From the NCBI GenBank assembly GCA_041494885.1, contig JBGQBO010000012.1, positions 2,637 through 66,636 of the forward strand: 64,000 nucleotides of DNA, written 5' to 3'. Made by a program: the position numbers and the translations under genes. This DNA comes from Terriglobia bacterium (GTDB lineage: Bacteria; Acidobacteriota; Terriglobia; JAIQFV01). Under the pieces are notes generated by a model. It was not told where the DNA came from, did not search any database, and saw only the letters and a list, made by a program, of their open reading frames with translations. Positions 63,555 through 64,000 of this stretch are shown in pieces. Each line of letters begins with the position of its first letter. Within the stretch, counting starts at the first letter, position 1.

Positions 63555-63596
63555 CGCCTACCTCATAAGGCGAGAACGGCGTGAAAATCAGCTCAT
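63555..63596 (-). promoter_or_regulatory. Candidate ECF-dependent promoter motif, copy 2
   Basis: ATGAGCTGATTTTCACGCCGTTCTCGCCTTATGAGGTAGGCG. Confidence 0.6.
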
Positions 63597-63692
63597 CCCC
63601 GCCAACTTTTTTTTCGCTCGCCCCCTCGCCGCGCCAATTGGTGTTAGAATCGGCCCACGTCGGAGTGAATCTGACTGGAGGGAAAGGCTCCC

Positions 63693-64000
63693 ATGGACAC
63701 GCCCTCGCCGGAGAGAATCAACCAGTTACTGCTGGACTGGAGTAAGGGAGATAAAGCGGCTCTGGACGAGCTGGTTCCGCTTGTTTATGGAGAACTGCAC
63801 CGGCTGGCTCACCATTACATGGGTGGGGAGCATTCGGGACATACCCTTCAAACCTCGGCGCTCATTAACGAGGCCTATCTGAGGCTTATCGATATTCAAA
63901 GGATGCGGTGGCAGAACCGGGCCCACTTCTTCGCTGTAGCCGCTCAACTGATGCGCCGGATCCTGGTCGATTCCGCACGGGGCCTTCAGTATACCAAGCG
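63693..64000 (+). CDS. Second TIGR02999-type ECF sigma factor, 5' part (truncated by the window edge)
   Basis: Not in the ORF track. Manual translation MDTPSPERINQLLLDWSKGDKAALDELVPLVYGELHRLAHHYM...WQNRAHFFAVAAQLMRRILVD, paralogous to 52596-53183. Confidence 0.92.
   Translation, partial: MDTPSPERINQLLLDWSKGDKAALDELVPLVYGELHRLAHHYMGGEHSGHTLQTSALINEAYLRLIDIQRMRWQNRAHFFAVAAQLMRRILVDSARGLQYTK

Overview
GC-rich bacterial chromosomal window; the gene styles (TIGR02999-type ECF sigma factors with Ser/Thr kinase-TPR proteins, REP and heptamer repeats, giant AsmA) suggest Acidobacteriota, which is an inference. It has about 40 plausible CDS, tRNA-Ser(CGA), an atypical TPP riboswitch before thiC, a minor-pilin cluster, a beta-oxidation operon, a type II toxin-antitoxin pair and several dispersed repeat or MITE-like families. 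The main candidate system is bacterial membrane-spanning ether-lipid synthesis. A tetraether synthase (Tes/MJ0619) homolog with the expected metal-ligand motifs lies directly upstream of a radical SAM/SPASM gene resembling archaeal GMGT synthase (Gms). A long structured leader precedes the pair, and a PlsA/PlsR (Ger-like) ester-to-ether reductase pair lies about 23 kb away. Separately, an ungapped 42-bp motif is shared upstream of both secreted-protein genes that are divergent from the two ECF sigma genes, a candidate ECF promoter. All family calls come from reading motifs by eye, not from database searches.
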